64,000 nt of DNA from Octopus vulgaris (Eukaryota): contig OX597834.1 of the NCBI GenBank assembly GCA_951406725.2, positions 16,244,001 through 16,308,000 of the forward strand, given 5' to 3'. This document shows positions 1-11,792 of the stretch, piece by piece (the first letter of the stretch is position 1; every line of letters starts with the position of its first letter). Both the position numbers and the translations under genes were made by a program. Below the pieces are notes generated by a model, which saw only the letters and a list, made by a program, of their open reading frames with translations, searched no databases and was not told where the DNA came from.

Positions 1-145
1 AATGAGAGGATTGAGAATGGATGTTTGGATGCTGGGGATTTGGCATTGTTGACAGGACCTTCAGCCAGTTTTGGCAACAATTCTTTTGGACATTGGAAGC
101 AAACATACCAGACACATACACATGCTATTCAAATCTCCCCACCAG

Positions 146-218
146 CTCTCTCTCTCTCTCTCTCTCTCGCTCTCTCTCTCTCTCTCACTCTCTCTCTCGC
201 TCTCTCTCCCTCTCCCTC
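146..218. repeat. (CT)n microsatellite
   Basis: Near-pure CT dinucleotide run; it explains the SLSL/ERER ORFs at 21-418. Confidence 0.95.
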
Positions 219-321
219 CAGTTTTTCTGTTCACAGTGCCAAACTTTAAATTCACTGTCAGTTCCATTTTGTCAGAGTCGCAGAAATCCATAATGGTGAA
301 AATTTTTCAATATTTCAAAAA

Positions 322-542
322 CCCTTTCGTTACCAACCCAGCTGAAACCGGCTCTGGCCCTGAGTGCAAATGTCTTGTTTTCATAGGTTTTGAATTAAAA
401 TCTTCCACCAAACCTTAGTCATAATTTATGTTCCTAACACTAGCTGAGTGATAACTAAGTTATTTTAATTAAATTCTTTGTTATATTTAAAATTAATTAA
501 AAGAAAACAGAGCATCTCAAAATAAATACAGTAACGAAAGGG
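322..542. mobile_element. TTAA-type (piggyBac-like) MITE, copy 1
   Basis: TIR ccctttcgttac...gtaacgaaaggg, TTAA on the right at 543-546 (left copy degraded). Near-identical second copy at 59631-59851. Confidence 0.85.
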
Positions 543-579
543 TTAAAAAAAAAAGTTTAGTGATCGAGTGGTTTAATAG

Positions 580-740
580 CTGTGATTACAAGTGAGTTGT
601 CAACTAGAATAAAAGCAAAAATTTTCTCAGTGCCAAAAGGTCTTAAGGACAAAGCATTTGGTGTCAAATTAAATCAGTGTCGAAATGGCAATGTCAAATA
701 GGTCAGGCCAAACAGCTGTGCCAAAATAGCTCATGCCCAC
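580..740. repeat. Diverged dispersed repeat with gtg(c/t)caaa subrepeats, possibly a DNA-transposon end
   Basis: tgattacaagt..gtcaactagaataaaa followed by several gtgccaaa/gtgtcaaa motifs; a related copy lies at about 1113-1258. Confidence 0.5.
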
Positions 741-944
741 CATGCTTTTGCTAATTGTTTTAGGTGCCTATGAGCAGTCATAGACACCATCTGAGTCACA
801 TCACCCTTGACTCATTGGCACATCCAGGATGTGATAGTAAGAAAAAGGGAGACAGACATTATTAATTACTAATTGAAACCAATCAACGTAAACACTTTCA
901 CTAGCCATCATATGCATAAAGTGAAGTGGGAAGTTAAACAAGAT

Positions 945-946
<2 letters not shown>

Positions 947-1002
<56 letters not shown>

Positions 1003-1048
1003 AGTGGTGGTGGTGGTGGCGGTGGTAGTCGTGGTCGTGGTCGTGCTG

Positions 1049-1086
<38 letters not shown>
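947..1086. repeat. (GTA)n/(GTG)n trinucleotide microsatellite
   Basis: Direct reading. Confidence 0.95.
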
Positions 1087-1087
<1 letters not shown>

Positions 1088-1284
1088 TAGAGTTTTGAGT
1101 ATTTTATTAGTTGTGATTGCAAGTTATTAGTCAACTAGAATAAAAACAGAATTATACCAAACGTTTCCAGAGATAAATGGTCTAATGTCAAATCAGTCAG
1201 CCTCAAATCAGTGGCACCAAGGAGGTGGTGCCAAATAAGCAGTGCCAAAACATCTCACAGCCTGAGAATGTACCGGTCGATATC

Positions 1285-1764
1285 CAGATGATGATGTCGA
1301 TGGATGCCGACGGCTCTATCAAGAAGTTCTGATCTCTCAAAGTTGGTGGAACACGTGGGAGTGGGAGAACCAGGAAAACATGGGATGAAGTACTAAAGGG
1401 CAACTTCGGGAAGAGAAACTTTTCAGGTGAGATGACAAAGGACTAAGATACCTGACACCTGACCATACTCAAGAAGACCTGTACCCTGCAGCAGAGGTAC
1501 CAAGACCAATCCTGCTGGTGGTGTGAAGCACTCATTGATGGTACCACATAAAAGTGGCTGTGTGATACCATGTAAAGGCACCTTTACAGTGGCACATAAA
1601 AAGCACCCAATACACTCTGTAAAGTGGTTGGCATTAGGAAGGGCATCCAGTCATAATAAACTATGCCAAAGCAGACAATAGAGCAGTTCTCTGGCTTGCC
1701 TTGTTTCTGTCAAACCATCCAACCCATGGAAGACGGGCATTATATAATGATGATGATGATGATG
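1285..1764 (+). mobile_element. 5'-truncated RTE-clade LINE (degenerate ORF C-terminus, 3' UTR, (GAT)n tail)
   Basis: 1288 onward translates MMMSMDADGSIKKF*SLKVGGTRGSGRTRKTWDEVLKG, matching the RTE C-terminal G.R.RGRPRK.W motif. It is followed by ggttggcattaggaagggcatccag and (gat)n. Confidence 0.85.
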
Positions 1765-1771
1765 TAGATGT

Positions 1772-2025
1772 TGGCATGGCTGTGTGCTTAAAAGCTTGTT
1801 TTGCAATCGTGGTTTTGGGCTGTTTTACTGAATGGCATTTTGGGTAAGTGTTCTCTGCTATAGCCCTGGGCAAACTATTTCCTTGTGAGTGAATTTGGTA
1901 GACAGAATTTATGTGCAACTAATTTGGTAGACTGAACTATGTGTATGGGGGGAGGGTCTGTCCTTCTGTCCTTCACCACTTTTACTTGATAACCAGTGTT
2001 GGTTTGTTTTTGTTGCCATAACTAA
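1772..2025 (+). mobile_element. Old SINE family A copy, 3' truncated
   Basis: tggctgtgtg head, ttgggtaagtgttctctgctatagcc and ccttgtgagtgaatttggtagac all match family A. Confidence 0.7.
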
Positions 2026-2030
2026 CGTGC

Positions 2031-2219
2031 AGTGTCACGTAAAAGCACCCAGCACACTCTGTAAAGTGGTTGGTGTCAGGAAGGGCATCCAGTCGTAGAA
2101 AACCATGCCGAATCAGACTGGAGTCTGGTGCAGCTCCCCAACTTACCAGTTCCAGTCAAACTGTCCAACCCATACTGGCATGGACAGTGGTCATATGATG
2201 ATGATGATGATGATGATGA
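2031..2219 (+). mobile_element. RTE 3'-end fragment with (GAT)n tail
   Basis: cacgtaaaagcaccc..gtggttggtgtcaggaagggcatccag..ccaacccatactggcatgg..(gat)n. Confidence 0.85.
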
Positions 2220-2847
2220 AAGATTTCCTGAAGATAGGAATATCAAACAGCATGGACACAAGACTAAAGAAGAGCATCTTCGTGGCTAGATAACCAGCAT
2301 TGGTAAGAACGGAAAGATGAAACAGAGGAAATAACAGCAGGAAGCACCAGAAATGCAGATGTAAAATCTGACACAGCAGAAATGGGAGGACCTTTCTTGG
2401 CACCGGTGTGGAGAAAAGATTCTGACATTAATGGCTATCAAATTGATTTTTAAGTTTTATTTCTTTTTAAGTTGTAATTAATAATCTCTTGTTATTAATT
2501 GATAATTTCAAAACTGTGATTAACCTTCAATGTGCTTTGATGGCTTCTTTTGTCTAATTTCCTTTGATATTTCTAATATAGTTTACAATCGCGTTATCAT
2601 GTACGTCGTCACTATTCCAGGACCAGCATGTGTTGGTAAATTTATTATTTTATTAATAAATGCGTTCAACATGGTTCAACATTTAATTGCCCGACTACAT
2701 TAATAACAATTGATGTTTGAAGTAATTTGAAAAGCTTCCTGGATGCTGCAGTCGAAATCTTCCATGTAGATTTCATTTATTAAAGTTTTGTACAAACTTT
2801 GCCATTCAGAATAAAACATACTTACATATGGCATGTGCTATGCACAT

Positions 2848-3510
2848 GTATATATATATACATATATACACACATATATATACATATATACACACATATA
2901 TATACATATATACACACATATATATACATATATACACACATATATATACATATACACATATATATATACATATACACATATATATACATATATATATACA
3001 TATATATATATATATACATATATACATATATATACATATATATATATATACATATATATACATATATACACATATATACATATATATACATATAGACATA
3101 TATATACATATATATATATATATATACATATATATACATATATACACATATATATACATATATATACATATATACACATATATACATATATATATATATG
3201 TATACATACACCGACATATACTGGCATACATAAAAGCGTATACAAATGCACATTAAAATATACACATACAGATATACATATATACATATGGGTACACATA
3301 CACACATAAATCTATACAAATGCACATACATATGTAAACACACATACATGTGTGTATGTATTCGTTTGTGAGTGGTAGATAATGTTTACAACACTAGCCA
3401 TGCTTCTAATTCATATCTGGATATACATACATACACACACATAGACACATGCACATACATACATACACACATACGTATACACACATATATATATACACAC
3501 ACACACACAC
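2848..3510. repeat. Compound (TA)/(CA) microsatellite
   Basis: Direct reading; source of the YIYI ORFs. Confidence 0.95.
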
Positions 3511-3741
3511 TAAACTGCTAGATAAATATCATACAACAAATAAAACTGATTTTAAAAATTAGGCTTAAAATTTATTTATAAGCAACTGCTTTTACACACA
3601 CATTACAGCCTGTATACATAGACATTCGTGTGTGTGTGTATGTGTGTGTGTGCACGTGCATGTGTGGGGGCCCACCTAAAACACATACATCCATAGTCAA
3701 GAACACAATGTATGCTGCTATAGACATACACACATATATAT

Positions 3742-4122
3742 GGAAGCACTCCGTTGGTTACAACGACAAGGGTTCCGGTTGATCCGATCAACGGAACAGC
3801 CTGCTCGTGAAATTAATGTGTAAGTGGCTGAGCACTCCACAGACATGTGTACCCTTAACGTAGTTCTCGGGTATATTCAGTGTGACACAGAGAGTGACAA
3901 CCCGGCCCTTTGAAATACAGGTACAACAGAAACAGGAAGTAAGAGTGAGAGAAAGTTGTGGTGAAAGAGTACAGCAGGGATCACCACCATCCCCTGCCGG
4001 AGCCTCGTGGAGCTTTTAGGTGTTTTCACTCAATAAACACTCACAATGCCCGGTCTGGGAATCAAAACCGCGATCCTACAACCGCGAGTCCGCTGCCCTA
4101 ACCACTGGGCCATTGCGCCTCC
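3742..4122 (-). mobile_element. tRNA-derived SINE, family D (full length)
   Basis: Minus strand begins ggaggcgcaatggcccagtggttaggg (A box) and ggttttgattccc (B box). Its 3' tail is shared with 33404 and 52693. acacatatatat flanks both sides as a probable TSD. Confidence 0.85.
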
Positions 4123-4144
4123 ACTACACATATATATATATTAG

Positions 4145-4785
4145 TGTGAGCCTGCTATTAAGTAAGTTGTGCCTTAATGAGATTTGGTAGATTTCTTCTA
4201 TACATAACTCACATCTGCTTCCTCCTGCATGATATGGTTTAGCTGTACTCATTATTTCCCATTCCATGATATAGCTATGGTTCCTATCTTTAACAGACCA
4301 GATTGATTTGCTTAGGTGCGAGCTGTTCATCTTACTTCTACCCACTAAATGAATTTAAGTGATTAGCCAGTCTCATTTTGAAATCTACGGAGCTGGCCCC
4401 TTTGTAAAGGTTATTTTGCTTCTATACACTAGATCAGTGCTTTTCAAACTTTTTGCTGGAGCGGAACCCCAAGGAAACATTCCACTGGCTCGAGGAACCT
4501 CTGCGCAATAATTTAATAGTCTTATGCACGTATATCTGCATAGGAGAATTAAAAATTACTGCCGATTTTAGCAGTTTTGTAACTTCTTGCGGAACCCCTG
4601 GACTGTACTGGCAGAACCCTAAGGTTCCACGGAACCCTGGTTGAAAACCACTGCACTAGATTCTTCAGCAAACATCTAGAGTTTAAGGGGCATACTGTAT
4701 TCCTTGCACAGTTACAGAGACTTAGTTTCTTGTTCCAATTATTTCTTGTGTTATAGCTCTTACTGTATATCTCGGCTGCCCTCAT
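4145..4785 (-). mobile_element. Degenerate Penelope-like element, GIY-YIG endonuclease region (split by a hAT MITE)
   Basis: After removing 4435-4661 the minus strand reads CNCARNTVCPLNSRCLLKNLVYRSKIT / LYKGASSVDFKMRLANHLNSF / SSHLSKSIWSVKD..MEWEIM..PY..RCELCIEE..NLLNSR, with frameshifts. Confidence 0.8.
4435..4653. mobile_element. hAT-superfamily MITE
   Basis: TIR cagtgcttttcaa / ttgaaaaccactg; perfect 8-bp TSD cactagat at 4427-4434 and 4654-4661. Confidence 0.92.
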
Positions 4786-5099
4786 TTATATCAGGTCTAC
4801 CATTTTCTCTTAGCTTTCTATTTATAGATGTTTGTGGACTGCTATTTCTAGCAGTTACTGCTCCCTGTCTTGTGAAGGTATCACCTTGTGTTGGAGTTGT
4901 CTTCCTCTGACTGCTGGTCCTTAGTTTCTTGCCCAACCCCACTACAGTGTGTGTTACGTTGGGGTTAATGTTCAAGCCCCTTCTGATATTAACTACTCCT
5001 GCCCTAGTTAGAAAAACCCCCTACTTTGGACAGCAATGGGTGTGAAATCAAGGTCAACCATGCAAGCTTATAAATAGATCAGATGTCAGCTTCAAAATA

Positions 5100-5426
5100 G
5101 CCAGTGGCATGCAAAAAGAAGCCTTCGGACATTGGACATCACAGAAGCAATGGTAAGTGACCAAGACCTTTCGCAATATGCCATGCTTGAGAAGATTCAT
5201 CAAGCCATGTCATGCAACTGGCACCCGGGCCAGTGGCACGTAAAGAAAAAACACCCATTCCAATCTTGGATTGGTTGGCATTAGGAAGGGCATCCAGTTG
5301 CAGAAATAACACCAAATCAGATTGGAACCTGGAGCAGATCTCCAGCTTACCAGTTTTCAGCCAAACCATCCAACCCATGCCAGCATGGAAAGCAGACAAA
5401 TGATGACGACGATGATGATGATGATG
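5100..5426 (+). mobile_element. RTE 3'-end fragment (ORF end plus tail)
   Basis: Encodes LRTLDITEAMVSDQDLSQYAMLEK, followed by the ggttggcattaggaagggcatccag block and (gat)n. Confidence 0.85.
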
Positions 5427-5502
5427 GCAGTGAGATTCAGTTGTTATGTCGCTACCAGACATCTGCCACGAGAAGCCCAAAACAGAGTGAAATCATACAT
5501 AT

Positions 5503-5718
5503 CTCTTTCTCTTTCTCTCTTTTACTTGTTTCAGTCATTTTGACTGCGGCCATGCTGGAGCACCGCCTTTAGTCGAGCAAATCGACCCCGGGACTTATTC
5601 TTTGTAAGCCTAGTACTTATTCTATCGGTCTCTTTTGCCGAACCGCTAAGTGACGGGGACATAAACACACCAGCATCGGTTGTCAAGCAATGCTAGGGGG
5701 ACAAACACAGATACACAA

Positions 5719-5770
<52 letters not shown>

Positions 5771-5933
5771 TTACGACAGGCTTCTTTCAGTTTCCGTCTA
5801 CCAAATCCACTCACAAGGCATTGGTCGGCCCGAGGCTATAGCAGAAGACACTTGCCCAAGATGCCACACAGTGGGACTGAACCCGGAACCATGTGGTTGG
5901 TTAGCAAGCTACTTACCACACAGCCACTCCTGC
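5503..5933 (-). mobile_element. tRNA-derived SINE family A (full length, internal TA/CA microsatellite)
   Basis: Minus head gcaggagtggctgtgtggtaag (A box) and gggttcagtccc (B box); tail gactgaaacaagtaaaagag. More than 10 copies in the window. Confidence 0.92.
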
Positions 5934-6279
5934 TCACACTCCAACACATATGCAACATACACCTGTCTCCTGTCTTAAAACACCTCATCTACACCTGCAG
6001 CTAACTTCAAAATAATCAATGAGCAGGTGTAAGCAGACCATCTCCATGTCTCTGTTTTTGCTGGCATTGCAATTTTAATCCACTTGTCTCATTTCATTCT
6101 ATTTTTCTAGTTTCCTCTTCTCCTTCCTGCTCACCTTTATTGCTTATCAAAAAACAAGGACAATGCCCCAAACTTTGTAGCAATTAATTCCTGCAATTTC
6201 CCTCAGTGTCAAACTCCTGTTATTGACCATGAGCCTGTCTGGTTTTCTTGTTTCTTCTTTTTGCATTTTGTTCTTTGCA

Positions 6280-6281
<2 letters not shown>

Positions 6282-6324
<43 letters not shown>

Positions 6325-6347
6325 CATACATACATACATACATACAT

Positions 6348-6380
<33 letters not shown>

Positions 6381-6669
6381 TACACATAGAGAGGAAGGAG
6401 GGTGTGTGAGAAAAATACTCTTATATACATTTATATGAGTGAGTATATATTAACATATATATATACATACATACATACACACACACACACACTCCTACAC
6501 ATTTATGTATGTGTATGTATGTATCTATTTATCTATCTAAATGGATGGATGGGATAATATACAAGTGTTTGCACATACATACATACATATACATATGTGT
6601 GTGTGTGTGTATATATATATATGTGTGTGTGTGTGTATGCATGATCTGTGAGAATATATATATGTACAT

Positions 6670-6718
<49 letters not shown>

Positions 6719-6760
6719 CATGTACATACATGCATATATACATATATTTACCTATGTGTA
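6282..6760. repeat. (TA)/(CATA)/(TG) microsatellite cluster
   Basis: Direct reading. Confidence 0.9.
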
Positions 6761-6940
6761 TCCAACACAAATTCTAACACACTGTAGTCACATGGAGAGC
6801 GGATATTACACATGGAGGAGTACAAATCCTAAAACTGAGCATATCCTATTAACTTGTTCCTAATATCGCTAGATTCAGTCGCTGTGGAGAGTCAATGTAA
6901 TGTAAAACCTTCTAAACCAGATGAAGATAATAAAATAAAA

Positions 6941-7415
6941 TGGGGAGAGGAGGAGAGAAAGAGGAAGGGAAGAGAGAGGGGAGAGAGGAGGAGAGAGAGG
7001 GAGGAGAGGGAGGGAGGGAGGGAAGCGAATGGGGAAAGAGGGAGAGAGAAAAAGAAAAAGGGAGAGGGGAGAAAGAGAGTAAGGAGGAGAGAAAGAAAAG
7101 AGGGAGAGAGAGAGAGAGAAAGGGGGAAGAAATAGAGAAAGGAGAGAGAAAGAAAGGGGAGAGATAGAGAAAGAAAGGGTGAGAGAGAGAAAGAAAGGGT
7201 GAGAGAAAAAAGAAAGAGTGAGAGGGAAAAAGAAAGGGAGAGAGAAAGGAGAGAAAGAAAGGAGAGAAAGAAAGGGAGAGAGAAAGGAGAGAAAGAAAGG
7301 GAGAGAGAAAGGAGAGAAAGAAAGGGAGAGAGAAAGGAGAGAGAGAAAGGGAGAGAGAAAAAGAAAGGAAGAGAGAGAAAAAGAAAGGAAGAGAGAGAAA
7401 GAAAGGGAGAGAGAG
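6941..7415. repeat. Polypurine (GA-rich) tract with gaaagggagagagaaagga subrepeats
   Basis: Almost pure A/G on the plus strand. Confidence 0.9.
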
Positions 7416-8108
7416 AATCATTGTGTTCTCCTCCTCCTACTACTCCTCTCTCTCCCTCTGTCTGACTACTTCACCTGCACATCCACCGCTCTATCGTTCC
7501 CAGGTTTTGGTTGATAGGAGATACTTGTAACTTAATATAAATATATTTCTAGTTAAATGCTCTTTGCCAGCAAGGTTATGCAAGGGAATTACATATACAT
7601 ATGCATACACATACATGCATATATATATATACACATATATATATACATAGACACAGACAAAGTTATAAACATACACACACATATATAGTTATACACAAAC
7701 ATTTACACACACATATAAATACATATGAAATAATCATATATACACATATATATATATTAGATATATCAGCAATATTAGAAGTTAACAATTATATGTCTCT
7801 CTCTCTAAAACATTACCCCACCACCACCACCACCACTCCAACACACACACACACACACACACCAATACCCATCCACCTGCCCATCCAACCACCCGAAAAC
7901 GAAAGTGAAAGTAGAAACAAACGTGATGGAGGCGGGGGGGGGGGAGAGATAGAGAGAGAGAGAAGGGAGAAGAAAAAAAAATCATATTAGTTTCTCTTTG
8001 TAAAACGAAACAGAAAAATTCATTTGAGAAGATTTTCCTAAGATAAAATTTATACACCAAAGAAAGTGAAAAATAATATAGAAATGAAGAAATTCAAAAT
8101 ATATACAC

Positions 8109-8352
<244 letters not shown>

Positions 8353-9062
8353 GAAAAAAACTTAAAGCATTGGTAAAATGTCACATGAGCAAAGCTAATT
8401 TTACAACAACTGAACAAAAAAAATAAAATATTTAAAAAAAAAAAGATTTAATTTGAATTAATTGTATTACGACTCTTGAGAAAGGAAATAAAATGCAAGC
8501 AAGAGGTAGAAAATAACATAACATAATATAATATAATATAATATATTATATGTATGTATATATGTGTATATAATCTGAAAGAGAAAATCTTAGTGTTGAA
8601 TAGATGTATATAAATAAATATAAAGTTAAAGTGTAAAATGAATATTTATAAATCTCTGAAAAAATCATTTCTTATTTTTGCTCTATTACTGGGGAAGAAA
8701 ATCAGATGAAAGAAAATTTAAATTTGTCTATTAAAAATAGATGTTACATACACACAGACAGGTTTTATATATATTGTATGTATACATATGTGTGTGTGTG
8801 TGTTATATATATATATATGTAAAATATAGTAAACACTTGTAAACATTTATATGTATAAATATATATATACATGTTTATAAACACTTGTTATATATATATA
8901 TGTTTATATACACTTGCTATATATATATATGCTTGTATACATTTCTATGCAGGTTTATATACATATAAATATATGACATGAACTATATACACACATTTAT
9001 ATGTATATACATACACACACGTTTATGTATATGTGTGTATATAACACACACCCACGTGTTTC

Positions 9063-9109
<47 letters not shown>

Positions 9110-9135
9110 CCACACACACACGTCTTTGTGTGCAT

Positions 9136-9200
<65 letters not shown>

Positions 9201-9222
9201 CAGATACATACATACATACATA
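9136..9222. repeat. (GATA)n/(CATA)n microsatellite
   Basis: Direct reading. Confidence 0.95.
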
Positions 9223-10611
9223 CACAAACACATACATGTGATAAGAGTGTAACTATGACACACACATCTATAAAGAAATCCACTCACACACAGACATTTA
9301 CACTTACACACACTCCCACACATTCACATACTAACCGAAATGTCAGGTCAGAGCAGCAGAGAGAGAGTAACAAAAAAAAAATTAAAAACATTAAAAAAAA
9401 CAAAATGCTATTCCTGATGGCTGTTAACTTCTTATCTTGGAAATCTAACAACTTTGTAACTAATTCCGAGAGAGGAAAAATTTTTGATAAAATTCCAACT
9501 CGCAGAGTGTGTCAACTTAAACATTCATAGATTATCTAAAGTCTTTGATTGGAAAGGAAGATTGTTTACAGCCTAGATGCTGATGCCGAAAACTGAAAGA
9601 TCTCTTTCTATACATCGACACTCACAGACAAACGTAGTGAATATCAAACCTTAAGATCACGTATCAGCACCTCAAGTGTCAATGATGTAATGAAATAATG
9701 TCACTGGAAGCTAACTCGGAAGAACAGAAAACATAATTCATATTAAGAGGTGCAAGATAATTCTTCTCTTCGCTCTCTGGGAGGAAGTGCTCACGTATTT
9801 CTTGACAAACTTAATTTCTATTTTCTCGCAAATTTTTAAATAATTTTTTCGTAGCTTTTCAGGTGGGTGCTTTTGTAGTTTTTTTTTTTTCTTTTTAATT
9901 CTTTTCTTCTTTCCCCCCTACATTCTGGTTTTCTTATCTCATCACCAATTTCCAGTTCAAAACCTGCCGCCCTTACTCTCTCTCTTCTGAAATGTGAGGG
10001 ATTATGCAGCTCCTTCTTCACCAATACAACCTTCTCATCATGCAAAATCTGCTCAGAAGACCTTTGATCAGCCCAGGACCACTGTAGAAAACAATCGCGC
10101 AAGGTACCATGCAGTGGGACTGAACCCGGATCCATGAGGATAGGAAGCAAACTTCTTATCACACACACACACACACATATATACAAAATTCAAAGGACTG
10201 ACCACTAAAAGTGGATGATCAATATGCTAGATATAGATGTCAAAATCGCTATTTTCCATGAAGAATGTGTTTTCAAGTATGTAAAAATATTTTAATCTTC
10301 GGATTTCTTTAATATGCTAAGCCACTGGTTTTAATTGATTCATATCAATTTCTACCCTTATTCAATTTTATATATATAGATATAGGTTTGTTGTTACAAA
10401 CAGGAAAAACAGAACTCAAAAAATGAGTATATGTACATTTTTATTAATATTTAGCAGAAGCAACAGAGTGATTCAAGATCCGAGAGTCTTGTGTATTGGC
10501 ACCTATCAAACTAATTACAGGTCAAAGGCTTTCGACCTGTGACGAGTTTGATAAGTGCCAATGCACTAAACTTTCGCACCTTGAGTCACTCTGTTATTTC
10601 TACTAAATATT

Positions 10612-11052
10612 ATCATCATCATCATTTAACGTCCATTGTCCATGCTGGCATGGGTTGGACAGCCTGTACAAGGCTGGATATCTGGAAGACTGCACCACAT
10701 AGTTTCTACAGCTGGATGCCCTTCTTAATGCCAACCTCTCAGAGAGAGTAATTGGTGCTTTTACGTGCCACTGGCACAAGTGCTATTTGCATGGCACAGT
10801 TTTACTTGGCTTGATGGAAATTCTTCTCAAGCACAGCATAATGCCAAAGGTCTCGGTTGTTTGTCATTGCGTCCGTGAGGCCCAAACTCTTAAGGTGCTT
10901 TTCACATGCCACTGGCATTGGCCACCTTGCCTCCTTGAGGCCCAATGCTCGAAAGGTACTTCTTACATGCCACTGGCATGGGTGCCAGTTATATGATACT
11001 AGCATCAGACACAACGATGATTTCATTTGGCTTGATGGGTCTTCTCATGTAC
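10612..11052 (-). mobile_element. RTE 3'-end derivative with reiterated modules
   Basis: (atc)n tail on the plus strand. Minus ORF 10802-11026 contains LKSLGLTDAMTNNRDLWHYAVLEK, the RTE C-terminus. Confidence 0.85.
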
Positions 11053-11080
11053 AGTATATAATAAAAATACATATATATAT

Positions 11081-11487
11081 ACTCTTTTACTCTTTTATTT
11101 GTTTCAGTCATTTGACTGCGGCCATGCTGGAGCACCGCCTTTAGTCGAGCAAATTGATCCCAGGAATTATTCTTTGTAAGCATAGTACTTATTTTATCGG
11201 TCTCTTCTGCCAAAGCGCTAAGTTACAGGTACATAAACACACCAGCATCGGTTGTCAAGCAATGTTGGGGGGACAAACACAGACACACAAACACATACAT
11301 ATATATATATATACACATATTTATATGACGGGCTTCTTTCAGTTTCTGTCTACCAAATCCACTCACAAGGCTTTAGTTGGCCCGAGGCTATAGTGGAAGA
11401 CACTTGCCCAAAGTGCTACGCAGTGGGACTGAACCCGGAACCATGTGGTTGGTAAGCAAGCTACTTACCACACATCCATTCCTGTGC
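11081..11487 (-). mobile_element. SINE family A (full length)
   Basis: Collinear with 5503-5933. Confidence 0.92.
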
Positions 11488-11757
11488 TTCTTAACATATG
11501 AAGTAAAAGCAACACTAGTAAAATAAATATTGTTAAATACATGTACTAATGTATTTGCTTTGTGTATTTTCTGATGACTGCAATGGTGTAGCAGAGTATA
11601 TAACTCTCATGATGACAGAGTTAAAACACTTTAGGGTCATGGACAGGTTAGATAACTCACCCTCAATCCCATTTGGGAGTAATGGACATCAATGATTTGC
11701 CATTTTTGTGGCTTGTCAACATCATATACCCAGTTGGGTTGAAGATGAATCACTTTT

Positions 11758-11792
<35 letters not shown>

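Noticed and set aside
2700-2820. Short minus-strand frame [39 protein letters not shown]
   Set aside because: About 39 codons, no recognisable family and no supportable acceptor site.
3742-4122. tRNA gene candidates at SINE heads (also 52693, 61222, 63838)
   Set aside because: A/B boxes are present but there is no closed acceptor stem, and each continues into a SINE body with TSDs.
4840-4852. gctagaaatagca (minus strand) identical to part of the engineered sgRNA scaffold
   Set aside because: Only 13 nt match and the flanks do not; it is a generic GAAA-tetraloop hairpin that recurs in this window.
11571-11600. ctgatga followed by a ctgc/gcag stem (hammerhead-like)
   Set aside because: The GAAA half of the core is absent (gagt) and there is no convincing stem I or III.
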